Origin: Bacteroidales bacterium
Lineage (GTDB): Bacteria > Bacteroidota > Bacteroidia > Bacteroidales > UBA12077
DNA length: 64,000 bases
Assembly: GCA_028282785.1 (NCBI GenBank)
Contig: JANQHE010000056.1
Span: 23,012 to 87,011, forward strand
Direction: 5' to 3'
Under the pieces are notes generated by a model that saw only the letters and a list, made by a program, of their open reading frames with translations, was not told the origin of the DNA and did not search any database. Shown here piece after piece: positions 62,661-64,000 of the stretch. Within the stretch, counting starts at the first letter, position 1, and each line of letters opens with the position of its first letter. The position numbers were made by a program, and so were the translations under genes.

Positions 62661-64000
62661 ATGATAAAAAATTATTTCAAAATAGCATTTAGATTACTAA
62701 CAAGAAATAAAGTATTCTCCATAATTAACATATTTGGTTTGTCTCTGGCACTTACTTGTGTGTTAATAATTTTTCTTTTTGTTTCAAACGAATTAAAATT
62801 CGATAAATACCATAGTAACTATGAATCAATTTATAGAATTATAAGTAAGCAGATTCAAAATGGTAACGAAAGTTGGGATGAATCAGTTCCATATCCACTC
62901 AGTGGTGTTTTAAAAGCAGAACTTACCGGACATAATCACATTACTCAAATTTACTTTGATGATGAGAATTTACTGAGGGTTGAAAATGATAAATACCTCG
63001 AAAGAGGCATTTTATATGTGGATTCTAATTTTGTTAAAGTATTTGATATAGAATTTGTAATTGGTACTTCAGAAGATTTACATATTCCAAATTCTATTTT
63101 CTTAACAGAAGATATCGCAGAAAAGTATTTTGGTTCATTGGAAGAATCAATAAATAAGGAAATAATAATGTATGATTCTGTAAGTTTTAATGTAGCCGGA
63201 ATCGTTAAAAACCCTCCTAAAACTACACATATGCCTTATCACCTAATGCTTTCTATAAATAGTTTAAAGGAAGATTATTTTGATTTTGGATATGATAATT
63301 GGGGAACACGCTCTTCTGGTTTTGGAACCTACTTAACTATACCTGATGGAATTATAGCAGATGAGATAGAGCTAAAAATCCAGGAGATTTTTGAAATGCA
63401 TAATCCGGACGAAGATGGAGAACAATTTGAATTTTATGTATTACAGCCACTAAGTGAAATTCATTATGATGATAGATTTGGTAGTTTTTATGGTGCATAC
63501 ATTATGAGTAAAAAGCTTTTAATAATTTTTGTTAGTGTTGGCTTGTTTATTTTATTAATTGCGTTTATCAATTTTACAAACCTTTCAATAGTACAAACAA
63601 TTAAAAGGGCAAAGGAAGTTGGAATAAGAAAGGTTCTTGGTGCACATAGACTAACATTAATCAAACAGTTTCTGGGAGAGACTTTTCTGATAATATTGAT
63701 TGCAGAGATATTATCTGTGATACTTACAGAAGTTGTTTTAGACAAAATAAATACTTTTTTAGGAAGCTCTTCTGAATTAAAAATGTATGGTAACTTTTCC
63801 GTAGTTATATTTTTATTAATAGTACTAGCTATACTTACGTTCTTATCAGGCATTTATCCGGCAACTGTTCTTTCCAAATATAATCCGATCAGGGCACTTC
63901 GTTACAATATGAAATTGGGTAAAGCCAAATCTGTATCGTTGTATAATTTATTGGTTTTTTTACAATTCTTTATTTCTCAAATTCTAATTGTAAGTACCAT
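62661..64000 (+). CDS. Second MacB/FtsX-type ABC permease, 5' part (continues past window end)
   Basis: The ATG at 62661 gives MIKNYFKIAFRLLTRNKVFSIINIFGLSLALTCV. I translated the stretch from 63480 by hand in the same frame: ...INFTNLSIVQTIKRAKEVGIRKVLGAHRLTLIKQFLGE. It has no stop before the window end, so it is absent from the ORF track. Confidence 0.8.
   Translation, partial: MIKNYFKIAFRLLTRNKVFSIINIFGLSLALTCVLIIFLFVSNELKFDKYHSNYESIYRIISKQIQNGNESWDESVPYPLSGVLKAELTGHNHITQIYFDDENLLRVENDKYLERGILYVDSNFVKVFDIEFVIGTSEDLHIPNSIFLTEDIAEKYFGSLEESINKEIIMYDSVSFNVAGIVKNPPKTTHMPYHLMLSINSLKEDYFDFGYDNWGTRSSGFGTYLTIPDGIIADEIELKIQEIFEMHNPDEDGEQFEFYVLQPLSEIHYDDRFGSFYGAYIMSKKLLIIFVSVGLFILLIAFINFTNLSIVQTIKRAKEVGIRKVLGAHRLTLIKQFLGETFLIILIAEILSVILTEVVLDKINTFLGSSSELKMYGNFSVVIFLLIVLAILTFLSGIYPATVLSKYNPIRALRYNMKLGKAKSVSLYNLLVFLQFFISQILIVST

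Noticed and set aside
63488-63853. 121-aa minus-strand ORF
   Set aside because: It is antisense to the second FtsX/MacB permease, whose frame I translated by hand (GIRKVLGAHRLTLIKQFLGE). The permease is absent from the ORF track only because it has no stop in the window.
1-64000. Search by eye for CRISPR arrays, tRNA/rRNA genes, transposases, toxin-antitoxin or known defence-system genes
   Set aside because: I found no regularly spaced direct repeats, no tRNA T-arm-like GGTTCGAATCC-type sequences, no DDE or serine-recombinase motifs, and no nuclease/ATPase defence-type gene pairs.

Overview
Visibly AT-rich chromosomal segment. I assign it to Bacteroidota from three T9SS C-terminal sorting domains, a TonB-dependent receptor with a CarboxypepD_reg-like N-terminus, a TTTG/TAnnTTTG-type promoter and LytS/LytTR and sigma-54 regulators. 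I see no rRNA, tRNA, CRISPR array, transposase or prophage genes. The window mixes housekeeping and accessory loci. The housekeeping core (9.5-20 kb) holds plsY, pckA, ppdK, putP, xerD, aroQ and pyk, so three PEP-converting enzymes lie within 10 kb. The accessory loci, in order, are: (1) a Fur-family-led metal-uptake operon (Fur, His/Cys-rich membrane protein, TonB-dependent receptor, two His-rich lipoproteins) with a perfect 7-1-7 operator between its -33 and -7 promoter elements; (2) a 3077-aa T9SS-secreted subtilisin carrying two nidogen-like (NIDO-type) modules; (3) a secreted caspase-fold (C14) protein; (4) a T9SS type-B cargo operon; (5) a NifS-like cysteine desulfurase fused to selenophosphate synthetase SelD, with no other selenium-utilisation gene in view; (6) a 2024-aa PKD-repeat T9SS adhesin; (7) a four-gene Gtr/Arn-like envelope glycosylation cluster (GT-C, sulfotransferase, flippase-like protein, methyltransferase-GT2 fusion); (8) a sigma-54 activator/kinase/GroES-like operon divergent from tandem MacB/FtsX-type permeases. 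The best candidates for undescribed biology are the NifS-SelD locus, the sulfotransferase-containing glycosylation cluster and the NIDO-bearing giant protease. All family assignments come from motif recognition by eye, not from database searches.
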